Shown piece after piece: positions 1 through 8,021 of a stretch of 54,978 nucleotides of DNA. The DNA lies in the IMG/VR virus record IMGVR_UViG_3300012930_000006, positions 1-54,978 of that record. One strand, written 5' to 3'. The notes under the pieces are model-generated. The model was not told where the DNA came from. It saw only the letters and a list, made by a program, of their open reading frames with translations, and ran no database searches. Source of the stretch: a virus (taxonomy: Duplodnaviria; Caudoviricetes). The number at the start of each line of letters is the position of its first letter. The first letter of the stretch is position 1. The position numbers were made by a program, and so were the translations under genes.

Positions 1-123
1 GCGCCGCTTGGGAATTTCGGATGCGGCCGTGTTTCGCTGGCGCCGCCTAGGCCGCGTGCCGGCCGGCCGTGTGCTGGCCGTTGAACGGGCGACCGGCGTT
101 TCTCGCCATTGGCAGCGCCCGGA
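1..123. repeat. Terminal direct repeat, copy 1 (circular assembly overlap)
   Basis: Bases 1-123 are identical to 54856-54978, and an ORF reads through the junction. Confidence 0.95.
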
Positions 124-160
124 CATCTATCCTGTGGAAAAGAGGGAAGCAGCAGAATGA
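1..160 (+). CDS. 3' part of Cro-like (YdaS-family) regulator spanning the circular junction
   Basis: Continues the ORF from ATG 54782 and ends ...VSRHWQRPDIYPVEKREAAE*, TGA at 158-160. Confidence 0.8.
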   Translation, partial: RRLGISDAAVFRWRRLGRVPAGRVLAVERATGVSRHWQRPDIYPVEKREAAE

Positions 161-178
161 CCGTCATTCCCTTTCCTG

Positions 179-253
179 TGCGGCATGGAGCAGTGGCAGC
201 TCGCCGGGCCCATAACCCGGAGGTCGTCGGTTCGACTCCGACTGCCGCGACCA
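179..253 (+). tRNA. tRNA-Met(CAT), initiator-type
   Basis: Cloverleaf with acceptor TGCGGCA/TGCCGCG (weak 1:72 pair), A11:U24, anticodon stem CCGGG/CCCGG with three consecutive G:C pairs, CAT anticodon, TTCGACT T-loop and encoded CCA. Confidence 0.92.
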
Positions 254-256
254 ATT

Positions 257-331
257 CAGGGCGTAGCTCAGTGGTAGAGCTCTGCGCTTGGGACGCAGAG
301 GTCGGGGGTTTGAGTCCCTCCGCCTTGACCA
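257..331 (+). tRNA. tRNA-Pro(TGG)
   Basis: Acceptor CAGGGCG/CGCCTTG, D-arm GCTC/GAGC, anticodon arm CTGCG-CTTGGGA-CGCAG, T-loop TTTGAGT, A73 and encoded CCA. Confidence 0.9.
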
Positions 332-618
332 ATTACGCTGCGGTGCTCTATCCGCCGGTCGGTTTTATCATCTTCGCCGTCGCGTTCTGGTCGTTCGCCG
401 GCGCTTCACTCGCCATCATCCTGAAATAAGATTTTCCCGCCGTAAGGCGTTCCTCAACCCAGGAGGTATCATGACCAGCTAACAAACACACGCCTCACTC
501 AAAATCCCTTGTACTGATGAAAATGAAGCATGAGATGATCGAAAGCGTAATCCGGTGAGCGCAATAGCTCACTGGGTTACGCCGATCCAACCATAATTTC
601 TCAGAAAACGAGTAGGCC

Positions 619-861
619 ATGCATCTTCCGAAGCTCACGAAATGGCAACGCGGCCTGCTGGCTTATGCGAGTGCGATGGGCATCGACGGTGCGCATTTGG
701 AATTTGGTGGTCGACATCCTCACATCGTGGGCACCTATCGCGGCTCTCAGTTTCGTCGCGCTATCGCGAGTTCTCCGAGCGATGCTGCGCGTGCGCAGAT
801 CAAAGCGGAATGTGATCTTCGAAGGGAATGTCGACGCCTCGAATTCTGTGAGAAGCCCTGA
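619..861 (+). CDS. Small phage protein, possibly HicA-like fold
   Basis: 80 aa with the pattern GGRHPHI...IASSPSD; TGATG coupling to a following small membrane ORF. Confidence 0.45.
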   Translation: MHLPKLTKWQRGLLAYASAMGIDGAHLEFGGRHPHIVGTYRGSQFRRAIASSPSDAARAQIKAECDLRRECRRLEFCEKP

Positions 862-1112
862 TGCCACTTTGGCTCTTCATGACGATCGCATTCGCGCTGG
901 CGCTGTGCATCTTGGTCATAGCGCTCGTCGCTGTGGTCTTCCGCCCGAGGCGCCCATGACCGCAACCGTCGTCGTCATGCCGCTCGATCCCCATCCTCAT
1001 CCGTTGGATCCGGATTGGAAAGCTCAGGTTTCGGCGGAAAACCGCACGTTTCACATCGTCACCCGCATGGGCCATGCGCCGCCGCGCTCGCGGCCGGAAT
1101 TGGTTGTGGACA

Positions 1113-1316
1113 ATGAGCACCCCAATCGCTGAACAGCGCTCCTGCATCGTGCGAATCGCGCTCACGCCCGCGCGCCGACGATCGCTCGGCCGGATGGCGC
1201 GCGAGAACAGCCAGACGGCGGACGCGCTCGCATCGCAGCTTCTTTCCGAGGTGATCGACAAGGACGAGCCGGCGACTGAGAGCGTATCGCAGACCGCGAG
1301 CGAATCGCGTCCATGA
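1113..1316 (+). CDS. Small DNA-binding protein, possibly ribbon-helix-helix
   Basis: VRIALTPARRRSLGRMARENSQTADALASQLL has a strand-helix-helix pattern; ATGA overlap downstream. Confidence 0.45.
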   Translation: MSTPIAEQRSCIVRIALTPARRRSLGRMARENSQTADALASQLLSEVIDKDEPATESVSQTASESRP

Positions 1317-1396
1317 CCTCCCTTCTCCGCTACGACGCCGCGCGCGCCGCTCTGGCGGAGGCAAAGTCATTCGACAAAACATACGGAGATTCATAA
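1313..1396 (+). pseudogene. Truncated N-terminal fragment related to a helical segment of the 1772 MTase
   Basis: MTSLLRYDAARAALAEAKSFD resembles PTSLLARYDAACVALAAAVKAD inside ORF 1772-3112; it stops at TAA 1394-1396. Confidence 0.55.
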
Positions 1397-1397
1397 A

Positions 1398-1775
1398 GTG
1401 GCCGTATACTTTATTCAGGATGTCGATAGCGGATATGTAAAGATTGGTCATGCCGCAGACCCGTCAGCGCGTTTTGTAGATTTGCAATGCGCCACACCTC
1501 ATTGTCTGCAGTTCATCAGAATTGTTGATGGCGGGCAAAAAGTTGAAACATGGTTTCATCGGAAGTTTGCCAAATACAGAATTCGTGGTGAGTGGTTTAA
1601 TTTTGCCGAAGACATGCTGACAATTGCGGCGCCGGATGAAATACCTAAAAGAAACGATGAGCCTATCATGCAATACAGGTCGCTCGGCGCGCGCTTGCGG
1701 GCGGCTAATGCGCTCGGGTTGCTTTCGGAGCAGATGAAGCGTGACTATGCTCCTCTGCTGAATAGCAACGCATGA
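1398..1775 (+). CDS. GIY-YIG superfamily (T5orf172/MUG113-like) protein
   Basis: VYFIQ...YVKIGH...R..DLQ...E...HRKF...RIRGEWF; AT-richer than flanking DNA. Confidence 0.85.
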   Translation: MAVYFIQDVDSGYVKIGHAADPSARFVDLQCATPHCLQFIRIVDGGQKVETWFHRKFAKYRIRGEWFNFAEDMLTIAAPDEIPKRNDEPIMQYRSLGARLRAANALGLLSEQMKRDYAPLLNSNA

Positions 1776-3112
1776 CTGCACATCCTGCCAAACTCGACGA
1801 AACCCGACTGCTGATCCAGCAGGGTCATGGCGACCGTTTCATCGCCGGCCATTTCAAGATCACGCGCCACGCCGCGCGCAGCCTGATCAACGAGGCAAAG
1901 CTCGCGAATGCCGGCGCCATCGCGATCATTCCCGTTGGCCCGACCTCGCTGCTCGCCCGCTACGATGCCGCTTGTGTGGCGCTCGCCGCCGCCGTCAAGG
2001 CCGACGAGGTGATGACGATCCGCCTCGAAGCCAAGGCGATCGAAGCCGTGGCGCGCGTTGCCAAAAACTTCGATCTCGAAATCGACGCCATCAAGCTTCG
2101 TACCAAAGCTGAAACCCGCTTGGGCGCGATGCTCGAAGAAGGCGAACGTACCGGCATCGTCGCCGCGCGCGGGCGCCCCCGCAAGGTGGAAAAAGATTCC
2201 GCCTCGGAATGTTTTTCACCCGCCACCCTCAAAGAAATCGGCGTCGATCCTAAGCTCTCGGCTCATGCCCGTCGGCTCAACGGCATCGGCGCGCGCGCCG
2301 TCGACATCATGCTCACGCGATTCGGCGAGGAAAGCCGCACCCGCCGCCGTCCCGCGCTCGACGTCATCCACGACGCTACGGCCCAGCGCAGCGCAGAAAG
2401 CCGTCGCAACCTTGCCCGCGAGCTTTCGGACTGTGCCGCGCTGCATCCGACGGGCCGAAAATTCCCGATCCTCTATGCCGATCCGGCTTGGCGCCGAAAA
2501 GCCGGCATCGGCAATCGAGCCTATGAAAACACCTACACGACGATGGATTGGAACGCGATCATTGCAATGCCGGTCGCACAACGCCTCCTTCCCGACGCAT
2601 GGGGCTTTATCTGGGTTCCGCGCGCCCACATGCTCGCGCTGCACGCAGTCGAGATCGACACACCGCTTGGCCGCACGACCGTCAAGCTGCCGCTGATCTG
2701 GGCCGTCGCGCAAGCCTGGGGCTTTGACGCCTATTCGACGTGCTTCGTATGGACAAAGACGGACGAAGATCGCCCCGAAGATCACGGCACCGGTCTCCTC
2801 GTATGGGATCAAGACGAGATTTTGTGCATGTTTAAGCGTGGTCGCGGCTTGCCAAAGCCTGATACGGCCGAGAAAGCCGGATCGAATCACCGTGAACGCT
2901 CGGCTGGGCACTCGGCAAAGCCCATATATTACCGCAACATGATTAACGCCATGACCGGAGGATTGCCTGTGCTTGAACTATTTGCGCGAGAGGATGAGTC
3001 ACACCAATTGCCTCCTAACTTTTTTACTTGGGGTAATCAGTCTCGAAATAGTGCAGAGATCATCGACGCTCAAACCGGCGAAATACTCGAAAAATCCACT
3101 GAGGCCGCATGA
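1772..3112 (+). CDS. MT-A70-family adenine methyltransferase with N-terminal helical domain
   Basis: ILYADPAW (DPPW-like), WGF..STCFVWTK, HSAKP, LELFARE and WGNQ motifs. Confidence 0.85.
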   Translation: MTAHPAKLDETRLLIQQGHGDRFIAGHFKITRHAARSLINEAKLANAGAIAIIPVGPTSLLARYDAACVALAAAVKADEVMTIRLEAKAIEAVARVAKNFDLEIDAIKLRTKAETRLGAMLEEGERTGIVAARGRPRKVEKDSASECFSPATLKEIGVDPKLSAHARRLNGIGARAVDIMLTRFGEESRTRRRPALDVIHDATAQRSAESRRNLARELSDCAALHPTGRKFPILYADPAWRRKAGIGNRAYENTYTTMDWNAIIAMPVAQRLLPDAWGFIWVPRAHMLALHAVEIDTPLGRTTVKLPLIWAVAQAWGFDAYSTCFVWTKTDEDRPEDHGTGLLVWDQDEILCMFKRGRGLPKPDTAEKAGSNHRERSAGHSAKPIYYRNMINAMTGGLPVLELFAREDESHQLPPNFFTWGNQSRNSAEIIDAQTGEILEKSTEAA

Positions 3113-3591
3113 AAGCACCAGCCCGCATCGTCACATGGCTCGCAGCTCGCATGCTCCGCTTGGAACGCGAGCGCCGTCCAGACTTCGTCATCGGAAAGCC
3201 CGGCAGCGATTACTTGCGACGCTGGTTTGTCATTCCCCGTAATAAGGTTTTCAACGTCTACCTGCATAGGTTTATCCGCTCGGACGACGATCGCGCCTTG
3301 CACGATCATCCGTGGCTGAATTGCTCGCTCCTTCTCGACGGCGAGTACACCGAGCACACCATCCCGCAGGGCGGCATCCACCAAAGAAAACGCTATGTGG
3401 CCGGCGACCTCAAGTTCCGCGGTCCGCGCTATGCGCACCGTGTTGAGCTGACCGCCGGCCCATGTCTCTCGCTATTCATCACCGGCCCGCGCGTGCGCGA
3501 CTGGGGCTTTCATTGCCCGGCCGGCTGGCGCCGATGGCAGGATTTCACGGCGCCGCACAACAGCGGCGAGATCGGGCCGGGGTGCGATTAG
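3109..3591 (+). CDS. Conserved phage protein, cupin-like
   Basis: YLRRW...NVYLHRF..SDDDRALHDHPW...GEYTEH...HRVEL...LFITGPRVRDWGF; ATGA coupling. Confidence 0.7.
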   Translation: MKAPARIVTWLAARMLRLERERRPDFVIGKPGSDYLRRWFVIPRNKVFNVYLHRFIRSDDDRALHDHPWLNCSLLLDGEYTEHTIPQGGIHQRKRYVAGDLKFRGPRYAHRVELTAGPCLSLFITGPRVRDWGFHCPAGWRRWQDFTAPHNSGEIGPGCD

Positions 3592-3594
3592 CTC

Positions 3595-4005
3595 ATGACA
3601 AGTTGGCGCGAAATAGATCGCATCCGCAAGGACGCGACGGCTTTCCGCGAGATAGCCGCTCGACTTCTCGCAACAGAGAGCAGCGACCTTACTGAATGGG
3701 AAGAGGCATTCCTCGAAAATTTCAAGCGCGATACTGACAAGCGAGAATTTTCGACACGTCAAGCCGAGAAACTCTTGCAGATTCGGGACGACGCCGAGAT
3801 AGTCCGGGATTGGCGCGGGTTCAGCGTGGCCACGCTGCTTCGCAAGGCGTGGGAAATGCGATCGGACCTATCCGAGGCCGACGAGGAATGGCTTTCGACG
3901 CTTCGAACACAATGGTCCGACAGCGTCAAGCGACGTGCTCTGTGGCGTCTCGTGCGTATCGGAAAAGAACTAGACCTGATTGAGAGGGGAGACGAGACAC
4001 CGTGA
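3595..4005 (+). CDS. Hypothetical protein with two internal helical repeats
   Basis: LTEWEEAFLEN...STRQAEKLLQI and LSEADEEWLST...KRRALWRLVRI; coupled to the next gene. Confidence 0.6.
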   Translation: MTSWREIDRIRKDATAFREIAARLLATESSDLTEWEEAFLENFKRDTDKREFSTRQAEKLLQIRDDAEIVRDWRGFSVATLLRKAWEMRSDLSEADEEWLSTLRTQWSDSVKRRALWRLVRIGKELDLIERGDETP

Positions 4006-4784
4006 GCATTCAAGCCGTCGGGTGGGTTCTTGATCAGCGAGACCTACCACCCAAACCCAAGATGGTGCTGATCGCCATAGCCAACCATGCCGATCATACC
4101 GATGGTCACTGTTTTCCTCGACTGACCACACTGGCGCGTGAGGCATCAATCAAGGAACGGAGCCTATACCGCTATATCGGGGCGCTCATACGCAACGGCT
4201 ATCTCCGCAAGCAAGAGCGTCGCGGAGACGACGGTCGACGGCGCGCGACGGACTATTGGATTCTGTTCGAGCGCATTTCCGCGCCGTGGGATTGGGGCGC
4301 GATTGTGCCAGATGAAGATGATACCGACCCACAAGATGTGGTGTCTCCACCTGCCAAATTGGCAGGTGGTCTCGACCCCCCGACCGATCGGTCCACCTGC
4401 CATTATTTGGCAGGTGGACCACCTGACATAGTTGGCAGGTCATTAGATGAACCATCAGAGTCTAATCCATCACAGGAAGAGGAGTCCGAAGACGAACGTT
4501 TCGCCCAACCGCCAAGGACTTACACGCCACCACCCATAGAGCCTATGGGTGCGGTCATCGATCAGAAGGCGAAGCAGATTTTCGTGATCGAGGGAACTCG
4601 AGCATGGAAGGCGTGGCTGGTTTTCAAAAAACGAGAGAAGGGGCGTTCGTGGAACTTGGTCACGAGCGCGAAGATTGGGAAGGTATACAAACGCGGCTGG
4701 TATTTTCCGAGCCTGTTCCCTCCCGGCCAGCAACCCCAAGAAGGGCTGACCGACGAAGATGTCAACGCATTCGCCAATGGCTAA
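4002..4784 (+). CDS. Replication initiator with N-terminal winged HTH (lambda O-like position)
   Basis: KMVLIAIANHAD...CFPRLTTLAREASIKERSLYRYIGALIRNGYL (HTH_36-like), with internal palindromic repeats. Confidence 0.8.
   Translation: MSIQAVGWVLDQRDLPPKPKMVLIAIANHADHTDGHCFPRLTTLAREASIKERSLYRYIGALIRNGYLRKQERRGDDGRRRATDYWILFERISAPWDWGAIVPDEDDTDPQDVVSPPAKLAGGLDPPTDRSTCHYLAGGPPDIVGRSLDEPSESNPSQEEESEDERFAQPPRTYTPPPIEPMGAVIDQKAKQIFVIEGTRAWKAWLVFKKREKGRSWNLVTSAKIGKVYKRGWYFPSLFPPGQQPQEGLTDEDVNAFANG
4347..4441. repeat. Three palindromic iteron-like repeats (putative origin)
   Basis: CCACCTGCCA-aat-TGGCAGGTGG at 4347-4369, GGTCCACCTGCCA-ttatt-TGGCAGGTGGACC at 4390-4420 and a degenerate copy at 4419-4441. 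Confidence 0.75.
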
Positions 4785-4799
4785 TCCCCAGGAGCCCGC

Positions 4800-5405
4800 A
4801 TGACCCATCCCGGAAACATGGCCGATGTCTACGCCGCCTCCACGGCCGATTCGATGCGCCGCCGCGAACTCATCGGCCCGCTCGACGCTGACCTCGCCGC
4901 GCCCGCCGGCGCATGGCACGTCGCCGTGACCGAGCCCGCGCGCGAGCGCACCGCGGCCGCGCATCTCGTCGGCCATCGGTTCGGGATCTACCTGCCTGAG
5001 GCGGTCGAGACCACGATCAGCCGAGGCCGGAAAATCACCGCCGCGCGGCCGCTGCTGCCCGGCTATCTGTTCGTGTTCACCTGGGGCATCGCGCAGCACT
5101 GGCGCCGCATCTGGGCGACGCCAGGCATCGTCGGCATCCTCGTGAACGACGGCCGACCAGTCGTGGTTCCGGATGCCGCGATCGACGAGGTGCGCGCCGA
5201 GGAGAATCGCCAACGCCCGCTGGTGATCGACGATTGGGGCTGGCGCCGCCGCGGCCGCCGCCGGCAGTGCCGCAAGGAAAATCACCAGCTCGACGCCCAC
5301 GAAATTGTGGCTGTCCACGCCTATTCGGCATGGCGGGAGCTTTTCGTGCTTGACGAACCCAATCGGAATCAGCAATTCTTGCGGGCGATGGGACTCGCCT
5401 CGTAG
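4800..5405 (+). CDS. NusG-like (NGN domain) antiterminator in the Q position
   Basis: WHVAVTEPARERTAAAHL...GIYLP...PLLPGYLFV...IWATPGIVGIL...PVVVPDAAIDEVR; last gene before the late region. Confidence 0.85.
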   Translation: MTHPGNMADVYAASTADSMRRRELIGPLDADLAAPAGAWHVAVTEPARERTAAAHLVGHRFGIYLPEAVETTISRGRKITAARPLLPGYLFVFTWGIAQHWRRIWATPGIVGILVNDGRPVVVPDAAIDEVRAEENRQRPLVIDDWGWRRRGRRRQCRKENHQLDAHEIVAVHAYSAWRELFVLDEPNRNQQFLRAMGLAS

Positions 5406-5519
5406 CCGCCTGCAAGGGTGGGGCTCGGCGGTGTCGGCTAGAGCCCGCAGAACGGTTCATAAACCGGTGGGCGCGCTGGCAGCGCATACAGCAACGGATC
5501 AGTATCGCGTGAACGCTGC

Positions 5520-5549
5520 AGAGCCTCGGTGCCCCCTCACCGAGGCTCT
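5520..5549 (+). terminator. 12-bp hairpin after the NusG-like gene
   Basis: AGAGCCTCGGTG-ccccct-CACCGAGGCTCT with a weak U-tract. Confidence 0.5.
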
Positions 5550-5627
5550 TGCCTATTTATAGGAGGGCGATTCCAGGATCTCGGATCGACCTCTTGCTTT
5601 CTTGGCTACAATCCCCTCTTGATGACT

Positions 5628-5657
5628 GGGCGGCGGATCACACCCGCCGCCCCTTTT
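5628..5657 (+). terminator. Intrinsic terminator upstream of terS
   Basis: GGGCGGCGG-atcacac-CCGCCGCCC followed by CTTTT. Confidence 0.65.
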
Positions 5658-5728
5658 CCTCGCAATGGAAATGTGGTAGTTTGCGAGCACTATGGAACTT
5701 GACGAAATCGAGTCGGATATGATTCCGA

Positions 5729-6337
5729 ATGATTCCCATGCCTGAGGTGGAACGCACCGCTTGCGGACGCATCCCAAATTCGCCGTTGCGAAATCCGCGG
5801 CATGAGTTGGCGGCGCACGCCTACGTGCAGGGCAAGACCGGCCGGGAAGCCGGGTTGGCGGCCGGCTACAAGGACGGGCCCGGCCTCAAGGGCAACATGG
5901 CTCGACTGCGCCAGACGGCGGAAATGTGCGAGCGAATCGGCGAGGTCGCGCAGCGGTCAGCCGGACTTGCCGAGATCCATGACGGATGGCTACTCGCCGA
6001 CGTCGCGATGTTCGCGCGCGCTTCGATCGCGCCGTTCTGCAAGCGCGATGCGGAAGGAAAAATCGAGCTTCAAAACGGCCTGCCGGTCCTCGACTTCGCG
6101 CATGCGACCGAGGAAAACTACCGGCTGATCGAGGAGCTTAGCCATACCAAGTTCGGTCCCAAGCTCAAGGTGCATAAACCGATCGAGGCGCTCGACAAGC
6201 TCATGCGCCATCGCGGCCTGATGCGAGACAAGGTGGCCCTGACAGATCCGAGCGGCGAGAGGCCGGCGCACTACGTGATTTCGGATCGGCCTTTGTCTGA
6301 CGAGGAATGGGAGCGGGATCGAACAGGTGCGGCGTGA
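5729..6337 (+). CDS. terS: Terminase small subunit (start possibly 5738)
   Basis: LRNPRHELAAHAYVQGKTGREAGLAAGY HTH and KVHKPIEALDKLMRHRGL; directly upstream of terL. Confidence 0.85.
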   Translation: MIPMPEVERTACGRIPNSPLRNPRHELAAHAYVQGKTGREAGLAAGYKDGPGLKGNMARLRQTAEMCERIGEVAQRSAGLAEIHDGWLLADVAMFARASIAPFCKRDAEGKIELQNGLPVLDFAHATEENYRLIEELSHTKFGPKLKVHKPIEALDKLMRHRGLMRDKVALTDPSGERPAHYVISDRPLSDEEWERDRTGAA

Positions 6338-7830
6338 CGCCGGCGTTGAAAGTCACGCATCAACGCCTGTGGTCGCCGCAGCCTGGTCCTCAAGACGATT
6401 ATTGTTGTTGTCCGTGCCCCGAGGTCTTTCTTGGTGGCGCGCGCGGGGGCGGGAAGACTGACGGCGTTCTCGGCAAGTGGGCGATCAAGGAACGCCGCTA
6501 CGGACAGCACTTCAACGCGATCATGTTCCGACGCACCTCGGTTTCGGCCGAAGACGCGATCGAGCGGTCGAAGGAAATCTACGGGCCGTTGGGTGGAAAG
6601 TTCGATAGCTCGAGGTTGCGTTGGCGTATGCCAAACGGCGGACGCACGAGCTTTGCTTATCTTGAATCGGACGAGGACGCGAACGAATACCAGGGCCGAA
6701 ATGTCACGGACGCGTGGGTCGAAGAGGCCGGCCAATATCCGACACCGAAGCCGATCGACAAGCTATTCGGTGTGCTCCGATCTGCGCATGGTGTTCCTAT
6801 CCAGCTCACGTTGACGGCCAACCCGGGCGGCTCTGGACAGCACTGGATACGCGATCGTTACAAGTTGCATCCGTTCCCACTCAAGCCGCAGCTACTTCGC
6901 CGCACCTTGCCTGACGGCACGATCCACCACACCGCGGTCATCCCGTCGCGGATCACGAACAATCGGATCTTGCTCGAAAACGATCCTGGCTACGTGTCGC
7001 GGCTTCACCTCGTCGGGTCTGAGCAACTCGTCAAAGCCTGGCTTGAGGGCGACTGGACCGCGATCGAGGGCGCGTTCTTCTCGGAGTGGTCGGAGAGAAA
7101 GCACGTCGTTTCGCCGTTTTCCATTCCAGGTTCATGGCTTCGGTTCCGTAGTGGAGACTGGGGTTCGTATTCGCCGTTCTCGATCGGCTGGTGGTCGGTC
7201 GTCGGAGACGACATGCAGATCGTGCAGGGCGATCGTAAGATGACGCTGCCGCGTGGCGCGCTGGTTCGTTATCGCGAGTGGTACGGCGCCGTCGGCGGCA
7301 AGCTGACAGCAGAACAGGTCGGTCAAGGGATCGTCGATCGGGAGAGCGATGATCGCGCCAAGCTCACCTACGGCGTCCTCGATCCGTCGGCCTTCAAGGA
7401 AGACGGAGGCCCGTCGATCGCCGAGCGCATCAACAACGTTCTTTTGCGTGAGAAGCTTGCGGCGTTCACGGGTGCCGACAATGCCCGCGTCGCACGCGCA
7501 GCCGGAGATCCGCAGAAGGGCGGCCCGATGGGCGGTTGGGACCAGATGCGGGCTCGGCTCAGGGGCAACGGCAAGGAGCCGAACAACGTGCCGATGCTGT
7601 ATTTCTTCTCGACGTGTCGTGATTCGATCCGAACCATTCCAGTCCTGCAACACGATCCCAAGCGAGCCGAGGATCTCGACACGGACGCAGAGGACCACGC
7701 CGCCGACGATTGCCGGTATGCCTGCATGTCGCGCCCGTGGGTCAAACAACCGCCGGCCGACAAGGATCTCAAGAAAGACCCCTACCGCGAGTCCACCGAC
7801 GACCGGATGGAATCGTTCGTGACAATTTGA
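6307..7830 (+). CDS. terL: Terminase large subunit (start probably GTG 6334)
   Basis: Walker A GGARGGGKT, Walker B WVEEAGQ, LTANPGG, AWLEGDW and nuclease motif EDHAADDCRYA. Confidence 0.95.
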   Translation: MGAGSNRCGVTPALKVTHQRLWSPQPGPQDDYCCCPCPEVFLGGARGGGKTDGVLGKWAIKERRYGQHFNAIMFRRTSVSAEDAIERSKEIYGPLGGKFDSSRLRWRMPNGGRTSFAYLESDEDANEYQGRNVTDAWVEEAGQYPTPKPIDKLFGVLRSAHGVPIQLTLTANPGGSGQHWIRDRYKLHPFPLKPQLLRRTLPDGTIHHTAVIPSRITNNRILLENDPGYVSRLHLVGSEQLVKAWLEGDWTAIEGAFFSEWSERKHVVSPFSIPGSWLRFRSGDWGSYSPFSIGWWSVVGDDMQIVQGDRKMTLPRGALVRYREWYGAVGGKLTAEQVGQGIVDRESDDRAKLTYGVLDPSAFKEDGGPSIAERINNVLLREKLAAFTGADNARVARAAGDPQKGGPMGGWDQMRARLRGNGKEPNNVPMLYFFSTCRDSIRTIPVLQHDPKRAEDLDTDAEDHAADDCRYACMSRPWVKQPPADKDLKKDPYRESTDDRMESFVTI

Positions 7831-7847
7831 ACGAGAGGAGGAAGACC

Positions 7848-8021
7848 ATGACCGACGAGACCAAGCCTGCCGCAGCAGCGGAAGCCCCGGCCGAACCTAC
7901 CCGCGCCGAGCGAATCGAGAAGGTGCTTGCGGACTATGCTCACGCCCTCGAGCATGCCGCCCCGCGCAGCACGGCCGAGCTCGCCGAGATCAAGTCGCTT
8001 CTCAGTGCCGACGCTTCGTGA
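7848..8021 (+). CDS. Small hypothetical protein
   Basis: Strong RBS (GAGGAGG) before ATG; MTDETKPAAAAEAPAEPTRAERIEKVL... Confidence 0.6.
   Translation: MTDETKPAAAAEAPAEPTRAERIEKVLADYAHALEHAAPRSTAELAEIKSLLSADAS

Noticed and set aside
1-123. Terminal repeat as a biological direct terminal repeat
   Set aside because: It falls mid-gene (cro) and looks like an assembler's circular overlap; real genome ends cannot be inferred from it.
109-482. ORFs 109-429 and 288-482
   Set aside because: They run through the two tRNA genes; at most the last ~28 codons (343-429) encode a small membrane peptide.
514-585. Hammerhead ribozyme (CTGATGA...GAAA followed by a stem)
   Set aside because: No stem II forms between the core motifs, and there is no UH cleavage triplet after the stem.
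4347-4441. CRISPR-like mini-array
   Set aside because: The palindromes nearly abut, lack regular unique spacers, lie inside a CDS, and no cas genes are present; iterons explain them better.
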